This document shows positions 11,036-23,508 of a DNA stretch of 39,442 nt, in pieces. The position numbers and the translations under genes were made by a program. The notes below the pieces were generated by a model, which worked only from the letters and a program-made list of their open reading frames with translations, did no database searches and was not told the DNA's origin. Each line of letters begins with the position of its first letter. Positions within the stretch are counted from its first letter, which is position 1. This stretch comes from Octopus bimaculoides. Lineage: Eukaryota. Location of the stretch: contig NC_068982.1 of the NCBI RefSeq assembly GCF_001194135.2, positions 95,733,049-95,772,490 on the forward strand, given 5' to 3'.

Positions 11036-13334
11036 CCTTTTTTTCTTTTTTGACGAACAGGGACGTACGATCAAAGGACAGGAGATGATGCAAAAGGCTT
11101 TTCACCAGCATTTCGCCCGGTTGTTTGGGACGAGCGAGGCGCTAGACCATTGGGAGTCATTAAGGGACTTCCTAGCCGGCGGCCCGCGACTCTCGGCGCG
11201 GGGAGTGGAATGTTGTGAAGGGCCGATTACAGCTGCGGAGGTCGAGAAGGTGCTGGCTGAATGCGCACGGGAGCAGTCACCGGGACTGGATGGTCTGCCC
11301 TATGAATGTTATAGTAGTATGCCGGACTTGTTCGGACACTTGCTGGCCTGCGTCTACACGAACTGGCAGCAGAATGGGAGAATTCCCAGCTCTGTGAGTC
11401 GGGGAGTGGTGACGCTGATCAGAAAAGACCCGATCAAGGGGGATCATATTAGTAACTTTAGGCCCATAACTCTACTGAATGTAGAGTTAAAGATTTTGGC
11501 CAAGGTGTTAGCAAAAAGGTTGACACGTGTCGCGGAGAAACTTGTAGGGAAGGCACAAACATGCGCCATACCTGGCAGGTCAATCCAGGGCAATCTTCAT
11601 CTCTTACGCTACACCTTAGACAGGGTGGGTAAAGTATCCGATAAAGGTGGAGCATTGGTCCATTTAGACCAAAGTAAAGCTTACGATAGGATAGGACTGC
11701 CGCCAGGTACATCAGTACTTGGCCGCAGTCCTAGAAACAGCTGGACTAGGCTTAGACTTCTGTAGTTGGATCAAGGCCATTTATGGTGGCATCAAATCCA
11801 CAGTCCAAATAAATGGTTACTTGTCGGAGCTGTTTGAGATCCAGCGCTCGGTTCGTCAAGGGTGCCCCCTGTCTTCGCTTCTGTATGTATTGACTCTTGA
11901 GCCATTGCTGCGGAGGTTGGAGAGGTTTTTTTTTTGGGGGGGGGGGGGTCCCCGATGAAATCGGATGTGGTAAGTCTGTTTCTGCATATGCGGATGACGT
12001 CACCATCACCGTGTCCAATGTAGCTCAGCTACCTTGTGTAGCAGATGAAATCAAAAGATACGAGGCAGTGGCAGGGGCAAAACTTAACAAGGACAAGTTC
12101 GTCGGTTTGCGACTCGGCACCTGGAGCGGCAAGCCGATAACGTCCAGTGTCGTGGGACACTGGATGGATGGTCCTGTTAAGTTGCTTGGAGTTTGGTTTG
12201 GTCCAGACTCTCAGACGGAGAAAAATTGGAGTGAGCTGGCAGACAGGGTGGAGGCCCTAGTCCGGACCTGGTCTGGAAGGGCGCTGTCCCTGAAAGAGAG
12301 GGCGGAAGTGGTGCAGGTATTTATTGCGTCTGTTATCACCTACCGTCTGACCGTTGTCCGTTGCCCCGATTCGTGGCTATGCAAGTTGGTGCGACTTCTC
12401 TTCCGCTTTTGTGGAAGGGAAAACTACTTGTGAGGCGATCCGTATGCTGCCAAGAACCGCTAAAGGGTGGGTTAGGGATGCCGTGGCTATTGATGTGCAG
12501 ACATGCACTGAGGCTAAGGTATCTCTGGCTCTATCTGGATGGTGGCCAGGTGTGGGATTCGCTTGCAGGAGAATTCTTTCCACGACCAGCCTCCTTGGAA
12601 GAATTTAAACCCGGTTTGATAAAAAGACAGAATACGACTGAATGGCAAAACGAGTGCCGGCGTGCACTCGCGCTAATCCACAGGGTGGGCAAGGCCGGCA
12701 GCAGATATACCACCTCTGTATTTTATAAAGGAATGGTAGAGTATAAGAGCGATGACGTCCTAGGAGAGGCTCTGGGGTTCGATGAGAACCAGTTAGCCAA
12801 ACTGTTTCAAAACACCTTTAGAGCGGGGTATTTGGATAATTACCACAGATAATTACCAGGAATGCGTTACCTGTCCGTGACAAATTGTCCAGGCAAGAAT
12901 TATCAGTGCCACCGGAATGTCCAAGGTGAGGGCAGGACAAAGAAACTGTCCTGCACGCTTTTGTACAGTGCCCACAGCTTTCGGACCTGACAATGTACGT
13001 AGAACACGTGTTGTCGCACCTGGGAAGAATACAGCTATCAGCTGGGTCTGTGATAAAGAGTGTACCGCCAACCGGACTATCAAAGGAATGTGAGGCATGT
13101 TTTCTGTGTACAGTCGCAGTAATGAAAGAGTGTGCATGGAGAACAAGAATGCAAGGAATCGAGACAGGATCCTTCTTCTCCGGCACTGGGCTACTATACT
13201 ACTTCAGGTACCACCTGAAGAGCAAGATAGGGCTGGAGAGGAGGCACCTGTCGCGAAGCTTATATTAGAAAAGATGGAAGGATGTCATGAGAAAGTTGGG
13301 AGTGACTGTCCCTACTTAATTCCACCCATAGTTA
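11036..13334 (+). pseudogene. Tx1/L1-clade ORF2 (reverse transcriptase + C-terminal Cys/His region), 5'-truncated, endonuclease absent
   Basis: SPGLDGLPYE, NFRPITLLNVELKILAKVL, QTCAIPGRSI, LDQSKAYDR, SVRQGCPLS, AYADDVT, VKLLGVWF, EPLKGGLGMP, CPR*...ETVLHAFVQCP; several frameshifts and stops. Confidence 0.92.
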
Positions 13335-13526
13335 AAGCAAGGTGTAGTCGCTGGTTACCCAGCTAAATCTTGTGAACAAGTCTGTATAAATTTTTAAATT
13401 ATAATTTGTATGTAGAATTCATCTAATTTTTAACATAAACTCACTAAGCTCATATAAATGTTTGTAACGTCCTGTATTGTCCCTCTGTATAAAGATATTG
13501 ATTATCATAATAAAGAAATAACCCGT

Positions 13527-13581
13527 GATTGTCACACGCTGATGACGGGTCAATACCCAGAAACTCGGGTCCGTGTGTATC
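13527..13581 (+). ncRNA. Minimal type I hammerhead ribozyme
   Basis: CACACG-CTGATGA-C-GGGT-CAAT-ACCC-A-GAAAC-TCGG-GTC-CGTGTG: all conserved core nucleotides, 6-bp stem I, 4-bp stem II with a C.A closing mismatch, very short stem III; predicted cleavage after 13571. Confidence 0.85.
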
Positions 13582-13591
13582 ACGTCAGGCT

Positions 13592-13747
13592 GGAGATGGG
13601 AAGGATGGCTTCCCTTTGCAAATACTGATAGGGCACAGAAAGTGTGTCAATAGCCAGCTGGTGAAGGTGACCTCCTGCGGCTACAAGCTACAGTAACATC
13701 CACCCTTAAAGGTTAGCCACATTTAAGTGGCAAATATACTTCACGAT
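13592..13747 (+). repeat. Right arm of 156-bp inverted repeat
   Basis: Partner of 10381-10536. Confidence 0.95.
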
Positions 13748-15938
13748 ATGTATATAATGCATATATGAAGAAACAAGTAAAAACACCGAAGATACACCGA
13801 TATTTGAAAGATACACCGATATTTGAATCATCTATCATAATATTTTATAGCGTTAAAGTTTAGCAATTGTTGATATATAAATCAGAATTAATAGATTATA
13901 CATAATCTAGAAAATTGAACATCAGTTAGAGGAAGTTGAGTGCCATAATCAAAAAATTGATATAAACATTCACATCACACAATCATTAATGTTCTTTGGA
14001 CTGGTTAGATGGATTATATAATCATTTATTGAGATCGACTACCTATGTATCATTCAAGTATTAGAATTTATTGAATTATTCTGGTAGTGTATCTGTTAAA
14101 AATAGTTGTTACAAGAACAACATGTAGGGTAGGGATGAATTCGTAGAACAAAATAGTTTATGGCACCGCGTTACGTTCTTTTAGCTTCCACAGAAATAAT
14201 CTCAGTATGGCCAACTTAGGTTACCGTTCTTCATGGGTCAATAAAAAAAATCCCAGTGAAACTACTGGGTAAATCTAATCGATTATACTCTGCATATAAA
14301 GGATGTATGTGCCTGTGTCATAACCATTAGTATTGTTATTTCTACTAAAGACATTATGTCTTATGTTGAGCGCTATACTTAACAAACATACGCATACACA
14401 CAAAAATAAAACCAATTCAAAATATATTTCATTTTAAAAAAATCATTTGAATAATTTATTTTAAATTTACAATAAGTTGTTTTTAAAAAAATATCATTCG
14501 ATATCCAGTTTTATTTACTTCTATCGACATATATTTCTTTAAAAAAAGCCTAAAATGAATTGATAAAATATTTCATTTAAGAAATAATTTGTTCTTATAC
14601 TTAAAAAAATTAATCGATATTAAGTTTCATTGTATTTCTGGTTCCCTATGATTACATATTTGCACCAATATTTTTCTACAAATTTATCTTACAACGTATT
14701 TGATGTTGACTAATATGTTTGCGCTCAATCTGCCTTTTGACTAATTTCTTTTTCGGTTAATATGCCTTCGATGAATATGTTGACAATAAATTCATTTTTC
14801 ATGTATGTGCCGTATCCCCATCATAGATTTCAAAGAAAATAAATAAAAATTTCAAAGATTGCTTACAACCGACAAAAACAAAAGAAAAAATACATTTCTT
14901 TTTCTTTTTAAATTAATGGAATGGATTGTTTCACAGACAGTCTCTGCGCTCTATTAAATAAATATATTTTACAATAATAGCCTTTCCTCTTTATTCAAAA
15001 TCTTACTGAAATTCCAGCTAGCAGTATTGTTTGCTGACAATATTATGGTGGTAAAATAAATCATGAAAAGCATTCACAGAAACATTGCTTATTAAGTTTT
15101 AGCAATGTAGAGCCACATTTAATTTTTCGAAAAAAAAAAGCATCGAAATGCAATCCATCATTTAAAATCAGCAAAAATAAACATATTGTAAGATACCTTT
15201 CCACGTGTTCCATTCACTTATTTTGAAAATTAGGAGCGTATATATAGAATTTCATAACTAGATATCGTATTTTAACAATTTGTATCAAATTATTCATAGA
15301 ATTTTAGTGAACAAAATATTGTAAATATCATCCCGTGACAAACTGATAAAGATTTTTATTTTGGGCTGTTTAAAATGACTACCTATTATAGCTTTTCTGA
15401 ATGAAAGAATCTAGAATTCCTACAAATGATGCAATAATTACGAACATAATTATGAAAGCTTAAAACTTGTCACAACCCATACATCCTCATTTCAATCTAA
15501 TGATGTTCTAAATATGGTATACAAACGTTTCACAAATTAAAGAAACCGTACAACAAAAGAACTTATTTTATCTCTAAGAGTATATATTTTTTTTTTCATG
15601 TTACGTACAAACCATACTTCCTGCAGCATGTCTCTCACTTCAGACTTCATTGATTATTTCCCGAGGAAAGTTATGAGAGTGTTGTTGATGTTAATAGTAG
15701 AGGTAATTACAGTGGCGCTATAGTGAGTGTGGAAATGGCAGAAATTATAGTGATGGATGTTACTTTGGTAAACATAGAGATAGGATTGCCACAGGCGTTA
15801 ATGCTAGTACGGTGATGCTGCAGATAGAAATAAACAATGTGAGAGGCATTGTTGGTAGTGAATATGGATTAAAGATACTAATAAAGATAATGGCGAAATG
15901 ACGTTAGCTACTACTGACAATGATATGTCGGTAGTATA

Positions 15939-16152
15939 AAGGCGGCGAGCTGGCAGACTCGTTAGCACGCTGGACGAAATGCTTGACGGTGTTTCACCTG
16001 TCGCTACGTTCTGAGTTCATATTTCACCGGGGTCGACTTTGCCTTTCATCCTTTTGGTGTCTAAGAAATAAGTACGAGTGAAACGCTGAGGTCGATGTGA
16101 TCGACTAGTCCCCTCCCCCAAATTTCAGGCCTTGTGCCTATTGTAGAAAGGG
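15939..16152 (+). mobile_element. tRNA-derived SINE, family A, near full length
   Basis: AAGGCGGCGAGCTGGCAGACTCGTTAGCACGC...GGTCGACTTTGCCTTTCATCC...TTTCAGGCCTTGTGCCTATTGTAGAAAGG. Confidence 0.9.
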
Positions 16153-16339
16153 TTTGTCGGTAGGATAACGATGGGTGGAGGTGTTAGTTAATGTCGTGAA
16201 TAATATTAATTTAGAAAGAGCTGCCATTACCAATAACAGTAGAAGTGATATATTATTTCACCTTTACGGTCGTCACATATACAGATGTATAATAAAATTA
16301 TCAAAATGCGATAACCATGAGATAATGTGGCATGATATC

Positions 16340-16545
16340 CAGTGTAGAAGTTGTTGCTTAGTACCAGGTCAGCCCTGTTCGAGTAATCATATGATCAAGA
16401 ACATTCCGGTCACGGGGATTGGATGTTTTACCTATGTGCAAGAAACCCAAGACAACTTTATCCAACATGTCCTTTTCTAAGACAGTGATGTGTGTGTTAA
16501 AGGAGATTTGGTTTATATTTCTAGCAGGCCAAGCGATCACGTAGA
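16340..16545 (+). repeat. Interspersed repeat family C (CCAGGTCAG.CCTG...GATTTGG...ATTTCTAGCAGG...GACCAC.TAGAG)
   Basis: Related copies at about 16900-17250 (several, -), 20610-20770, 24200-24310 (-), 31890-32090. Confidence 0.65.
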
Positions 16546-18975
16546 GAGTATTTCATTGGTTCAGATATAGTTCAGCATATTTCAGAGATATGTGGCAATT
16601 TAGGGGTGTTTTCCATTACAATATTACGGAAAATAATCGTAATAAATTCCATACGTACTAATGCTATACTGTAATAAATTCAATTCATACTAATGTTATG
16701 GGAGAAGTAAAATAGAACGGTGTGATGTAGTGTAGACACTGAATTTAAGCTGTATAAAAATGTAATATTTTTGCGTTTTAGTCAGAAAAGATGATGCAGC
16801 AGCCATTGGTTATGTAAGATTTCCGAAATTATGAGATAGATGAGGTGCATGTTTAACTTGAATCTTTGGTAGTCGACAATGACGTAACATTTATGTAATT
16901 GGTCGATTTGATTGAATTAGCAACCAAATCTCCCTAAAGAGACACCATCTTAAAGGGATAACTCATTGGATACGTGCTCCTGCATATATTATGCCTGACA
17001 AAAAGAAGATGAGATGATCTCATCTGGAACACTTCTGGTGATAGATCTGCTCAATTTGAGCTGATTTGGGGTTAAGCAATTACAACCAAAAGAGACTATG
17101 TGATTGCTTGACCAGTTAGAAATAGCAACCTAATTCTCCTTAAATCACACACTACAGTCTTAAATCAAATATGGCACACTGGACAAAGTAGTCACTGATA
17201 GACCAAAAACATAACACTGGGTAAGCATTACCTGGGACTAAACAGCAATAACAATAAAGGTGGATAGCACAGTTATTAGAGGTGGCTTTGTGGTATATGT
17301 TCTGACTCTTTGCGCTATGATTTCAAATTCTGTAAAGGCCAGCTCTACCTTTTATCCTTTCAGAAGCTATAAAAATATATCAAACAAGAGCATCGCATTA
17401 GCAGAGCTGTTAGAAATTCAGGCAAGATGTTTTGTAATATCTTTTCTGGCCCACTTGCGTTCTTACAGCAACGTCCTCGACGTCACTGATGCCAATCTGT
17501 ATCGAGCTGAGTCGATGATCTTCACTTTGAATAAATATTGGTAGCATGTAGATGGGCAACTACCAATCATCTTCAAACAATCTGGCCCAGACTTGCACTA
17601 ATATGTATAGATGGATGGTCATCTTTGAACGTTGGAGGCCTTGTATGGGAGGGTGAAATTCGTTGGGATGGCAGCCTAGTATAGATTGCTTGAGCACTGA
17701 GATTAGTGAGAAGTAAAGTAGCTTGTGCACACACACACAAATATTGCAGATAGTATTTTAGTATAGCAAACATCCACAAAGCTTAAACTGACACACAGAA
17801 CCGCTCACATGTGTCGTAAAATGCTGGTGTTGCACACAAAGGTTCGCTGACAACAAAGTAAAGGAGATAATTCAATTAGCTCGAAATGGTTCATTTATGT
17901 AATGCGCTTCGACTACGCACGTTCGTGTTACTATAACGTTTTCTATTCCTCTGAACCAGCTAACTGTACACAGTCTCCACCTGGGTCATCTCGACCATTG
18001 ATCTTTCTTCTTTTCGATCTTCCTTACTTGAACTAAATGTTCACCTACTTCTTGCTTTCCAGAAATGCATGACTCAGGAAATTCCTAATTGCAGAAGATT
18101 AACGCATTGACTTACAAATGTTCAACCTGCTAACAATCGTATCAACCTTAACCACATATAACAACACCATTACTTATTTCAGTATAGTATTTATTTTATA
18201 AGCCACTATTTCTCTAACCGCTGATAACGAAGCATAAATATACACAATGCAAACATCAACATCGGCTTTAAGGTGAGTAGTGTAGCCATAAATACACACA
18301 TTGCATATACAAATATAAGACCGCTTGCAAAAACATGAGCCCTGCTCCCATGACTAACGTATTAATGTGTGTCATATTTGAGCTTTGTTAGAAACTAATC
18401 AGGTTTATGGTATATGTATATATATATTCGACGGATTTCTGCACTTTCAAACTACCAAATTCCACTCACAAACCATTGATCATTACAATGTACGTTACAA
18501 CGTTGAACGTTAGAACCTAGAATCACCTATTTGCAAAACGAACTTCTTAATCAGAAAACCATGCCTGCGCCTACATATTAAATTTGCTAACATTTGCAAA
18601 AGCTTTTATTTCGAACGATCTATATAAATGCGTTAAGAATAATGGACAAGAGATCTCTGCGCTATGGTTATGGCATTAGGAAACACGTGTTGTTTCTGAG
18701 ATAATGACAGGATTTATGGGCATACACTATTGTCAATAATCAGATAAAATTGCTAGATTTAGATAGGCTCCAGTCCGATTAGAGCTCAAGACTTTAAACT
18801 AACAAACTGCAAGTCGATTAAACAATGTTATTAATACCATATTAAGAAGTCATTGCTCTCCTTGGTATCTAGTTTACAATCGAGAAGATTGTTTGCTGAA
18901 AATGTCTCTTACGTCATAATTCTGAATGAAATGAGAAATTGTAAAGTTTATAGCTCTTTCCAAATGCGTCAGATG

Positions 18976-19011
<36 letters not shown>

Positions 19012-19621
19012 NNNNNNNNNNNNNNNNNNNNNNNNNNNNNNNNNNNNNNNNNNNNNNNNNNNNNNNNNNNNNNNNNNNNNNNNNNNNNNNNNNNNNNNNN
19101 NNNNNNNNNNNNNNNNNNNNNNNNNNNNNNNNNNNNNNNNNNNNNNNNNNNNNNNNNNNNNNNNNNNNNNNNNNNNNNNNNNNNNNNNNNNNNNNNNNNN
19201 NNNNNNNNNNNNNNNNNNNNNNNNNNNNNNNNNNNNNNNNNNNNNNNNNNNNNNNNNNNNNNNNNNNNNNNNNNNNNNNNNNNNNNNNNNNNNNNNNNNN
19301 NNNNNNNNNNNNNNNNNNNNNNNNNNNNNNNNNNNNNNNNNNNNNNNNNNNNNNNNNNNNNNNNNNNNNNNNNNNNNNNNNNNNNNNNNNNNNNNNNNNN
19401 NNNNNNNNNNNNNNNNNNNNNNNNNNNNNNNNNNNNNNNNNNNNNNNNNNNNNNNNNNNNNNNNNNNNNNNNNNNNNNNNNNNNNNNNNNNNNNNNNNNN
19501 NNNNNNNNNNNNNNNNNNNNNNNNNNNNNNNNNNNNNNNNNNNNNNNNNNNNNNNNNNNNNNNNNNNNNNNNNNNNNNNNNNNNNNNNNNNNNNNNNNNN
19601 NNNNNNNNNNNNNNNNNNNNN
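19012..19621. other. Assembly gap (610 N) preceded by (TA)n at 18979-19011
   Basis: Run of N. Confidence 0.99.
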
Positions 19622-19760
19622 GTTTGTCTCCCCTTTGTATGGATAAGGGCACAGAAAGTGTGTCAAGTCCTAATAGGAAGCGGTCTGGCTTCCTAGGGCT
19701 AAACAGCAGTAGTATATTCCCTTATTGGGACTGTCACGTTAAGTTGGCAGTATACAACTA
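19622..19760 (+). repeat. Diverged relative of the 156-bp terminal repeat
   Basis: Exact 21-mer AGGGCACAGAAAGTGTGTCAA plus colinear downstream similarity to 13610-13740. Confidence 0.7.
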
Positions 19761-21867
19761 CTTTTTCGCGTCACTACTGCTAAAGTCTCACTGTGAGATT
19801 TAGAAATTCGTTATTTCTAATATATATATATATATATATATATGATATGATATGTTGAAGCAATATGAATTAGAATTCCAAAACTAGGTACAATATCCTC
19901 AGCGCTTAGATAATGTTCAAAAATTCTCTACAGTAACACCATATAACCGCACTGCAAAACAGTACTACGATGCCAATTTATATTCGATCTATTCACCAAA
20001 TTGGCAGGGGCATTAGAAGGTTGAATAAAATGCCTTATGGCATTTTTTCCAATTCTCTGCGCTCTGAGTTCAAATTTCGCTGAGATCAACTTTGTCTCTC
20101 ATCCTTTCGGGGTTGATGAAAAGTACACCAGTCCAGGGCATTGGATTGACGGAACTGTTAGAGACGTCAAGTAAGATACCTTGTTGTGTCTTTGTACGTT
20201 CTTTGAGTTCTGATAGTAACCTCAAACTGCATTAGCCAAAGTTAGGACCATCTATCGAAAAAAATATTTACAAACATCAAGTTCCCCTCTACTCCTAATA
20301 CTCAACTATACAATAACTGCTTATGATATTTTCCTAACATTCGAATCTAACACGCACTAACCGGATATATATATAACAAGCTTTCGTCACAGCAATCATT
20401 ATTTTATCATGTGAATCAATAAAATTATAGACTCAACGACAGATTAGTTGAAATACGTTCTGACTATCACAATGCATCTTATACAACAGAACAGTTCGCA
20501 TTTCTCGATACTATATTCTCTGAAAAGTAGAGGCCCTATATTATATGGTCAATATTGATTTGCATTACTCAAAAAATACAATCTACTTTAGTTGCTGTTA
20601 TTGTTCTATAGTCCTAATCGGCACTGATCGTGCAGATCTATAATCAAAGCATTCTATCTATAGTGTACTCTGGACTTTAATATCGAAGGTCGATATGGCA
20701 TAGTTTGTAGAAGATATAACTGTTTCTTACAAGTCAGCTGACCACTTACAGGATCCCTCGTTAGTTCGATCTACTCTACTTCTTTCTGAAAAAAGGATAA
20801 ATTGTTTATGTCATCATCGTTTTAGAAGCAGGATTCAAAAACTGATATTAACATAAGAATACTAGACTTGAAAATAATGGTATATTTTTCCAAACCAGCG
20901 ATTTACATTCAAGTTATTTGTAGACTTATAAAAGACTGAGTTTCAGTATACCTGGTGGGAGGGGATCACAAGATCTGGAGTTTATTTTCCGGAGTTTCTG
21001 GCTCTGTAGAAACCAAACAAATGGCTACTGAGTAGAGAGCGATGCGCGAGTTCATATCAGAAAATGTTGGAAATGATCCTCATGTTTCTTACACAGGCAT
21101 ACTTCTTTATAAGCTTACTCGGAGGAAGAAAGATTGAACCCACGACTTTTGAAGGTGATTGTGATTAGTGAGAGAAAAGAAAGTTATCCTAAGATAAGAT
21201 ACTTAGTCCTAATTCATGCAGAAGAGTAGACCCTACAAAAAGCGATCGGGATCTAGAACTTGATGCAAAACCAGATAACAAATTAAGTGATTAAGTGTAT
21301 CACCCTATTTGCTTTGTATTAAGAAAGAATGTTTTGAAGTATATATATATGACTTACAACCAAAGATCTTGACAAGCATATCAAAGTTTCAAAATGTTTC
21401 TGAGAATTTTATAATTTTTGTTTCCTTTATGTGTAGTTGCATATGAATAAGCAGTAATCCTATTTAAAAAATAATAAATAAAAAAAAATCCTCTTAACTA
21501 TAAACTGGCCGCTTTATTTTTTGAAATTCTTCCAATTTAAACAAAAAGTATTATAAATTCTTGAATTTAGAAAAACGCCCAATCAGAGATATAACATATG
21601 CTATCGGCGACATTTTGGATGAGTACTGAATATATTAAATTTCCTTATTTTCTACGTTTTTCGATAAGATTTTTACAACAGATGAAATTAAGTTGCAAAT
21701 TTTAATAACAAGTTTTAAAATTTTGCATACTGAGAATATTTTCATCGCGCTATACAAAAAGCAAACATACTTAACAACAAAAGCAAAATAGAATAAGTTT
21801 GGGGAAAGCATGACTGTTTATAGATTCAAATGAGAGAACAGCGTATTTGTAGCTAAGATAATGGTTT

Positions 21868-22222
21868 CAAATTTTGGTATAAAGCTAGCAATTTCAGATG
21901 TGGACAAATTGGTATTTATTTTATCGTACCCGAAAGGATGAAAGGCAAAGTCGACCTCGGCCAAATTTTAACACAGAGTTTAGAGCCAGAAGAAATGCCA
22001 CTAAGCATTTTGTCCGACGCGCTAACAATTCTGCCTGTTTACTGTTTTATTAATAGCTAAGATAATTCTAATTTTGGCACAAGGCCAGTTTTTTATGGAG
22101 TTGTAGGTCGATTACATAGATTCTAGTATTTATTGGTATTTATTTTATCGAACCCGGCGTGATTTTAAGCAGAACGTAAAGAGCCAGAAGAAATACTGCT
22201 AAGCATTTTGTCTGACAAGCTA
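21868..22222 (-). mobile_element. Two tandem partial family A SINEs
   Basis: CCGAAAGGATGAAAGGCAAAGTCGACCTCGG and two AAAGAGCCAGAAGAAAT.C..CTAAGCATTTTGTC blocks. Confidence 0.75.
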
Positions 22223-22973
22223 ATGATCTAACGATTCTGCCGTGGCACACTTTATTTGTAGCTAAAATAACAGGAACGAAGAATGAATGTTTGAAATAAC
22301 TATTTTAATAGCAAGCTTATTCTTAGTGCTAACAACAAATCCAGAACATATACTTTTGATGCATTAGATTGGAACTTAATATTGTATACAATATACATCA
22401 GTAATCTTGAAATTTATTAAAATTCATCGCATAACATTTTTTTTAAATGTTGAATCTAATGAGGGTCATTAGAAACGCTTTGGTAAACAATTAATACAGG
22501 AGTACACACAGTTAGTTCTAAATCAAAACTGCTACACACCACTGTGGAATATATAATCAATACATCAGCAAAATTCCTCTCAAGGAAATTTGTTAATTTT
22601 CCAACAGCTTGATGCCAACGCAGCAGTATTACTAGACATGAAATCAAAATTTGATGACCGTACAAAACAGCTATAACGTTAGGCCAAAGCATCAAGAGAA
22701 TGCACCACATTTCAATTTTTACCGGAAAAAAAAACATTTCTCCTTACCCTGTTTTGCAAAAGAGATCTCTAAATGTAACAGCAGAAGTTCATTATTTTGT
22801 AACAACTTTATTTGTAACAAATGATAATTATAAAATTTCAGAAAAATTTCGATAATCTAATGTTTGCCGAGATCTCAGCTTGCTAGTAGTTATATATTTA
22901 ATTACGTTAGCTGATGAAAAGCAAATAGAAAAGTTTGAGAAATCAGAGAATTCACTGCTGGAGGTTTTTGTTT

Positions 22974-22983
22974 NNNNNNNNNN
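22974..22983. other. Assembly gap (10 N)
   Basis: Run of N. Confidence 0.99.
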
Positions 22984-23094
22984 GAACGTGAAAAAAAGAG
23001 AGACGAAATTAAATACTGTAACACGATAGTATCAAAATTTTCTACTGCTTTTGTCAGTCATCACCCTTATAATACAAATTATTTATTTCTCACA

Positions 23095-23470
23095 GGAGAC
23101 TAAACATAGAGGGAACAAATAAGGACAGACAAAGCGATTAAGTCAATTACATCAACCCCGAAGGGATGATAGGCAAAGTCGACCTCAGCGGAATTTGAAC
23201 TCAGAACGTAACAGCAGCCGAAATACCGCTAAGCATTCCGGCCGGCGTGCTAACGATTTTGCCAGCTTTTTACGTTTTCACTTCAAATCTCGCCGACGCC
23301 GACTTTGCTTCGCATGCTAACGGGGGTTGATAAAAATTACCACCTGTGAAGTATAGGGGGCGATGTAAGCAATAAATCTCCTCCGACTAAAACTGCTGGT
23401 CTTATGCCAGCAGTTTTAGGAAGGGAGATAAATCGATTACATCGAAAATTTGAAAGAATCATCATCATCA

Positions 23471-23508
<38 letters not shown>

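Larger units (their letters stand above)
10381..13747 (+). mobile_element. Composite retroelement: inverted repeat - inverted ORF1 piece - Tx1/L1 ORF2 - hammerhead - inverted repeat
   Basis: See sub-features; outer ends of the two repeat arms coincide to the nucleotide. Confidence 0.75.

Noticed and set aside
11926-11948. T10G13 homopolymer inside the RT
   Set aside because: Best explained by slippage or sequencing error; it only causes a frameshift.
18063-18272. Strong acceptor plus ATG-containing exon candidate (MQTSTSALR, GTGAGT donor)
   Set aside because: All frames are closed upstream and no downstream exon gives a recognisable protein; needs RNA-seq.
18028-22768. Chain of minus-strand micro-exon candidates (22748-22768, 20952-21003, KEVVEIELTRDP near 20751-20786, 18028-18084)
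   Set aside because: The 52-nt candidate breaks phase continuity, and the PDZ-like piece overlaps repeat family C.
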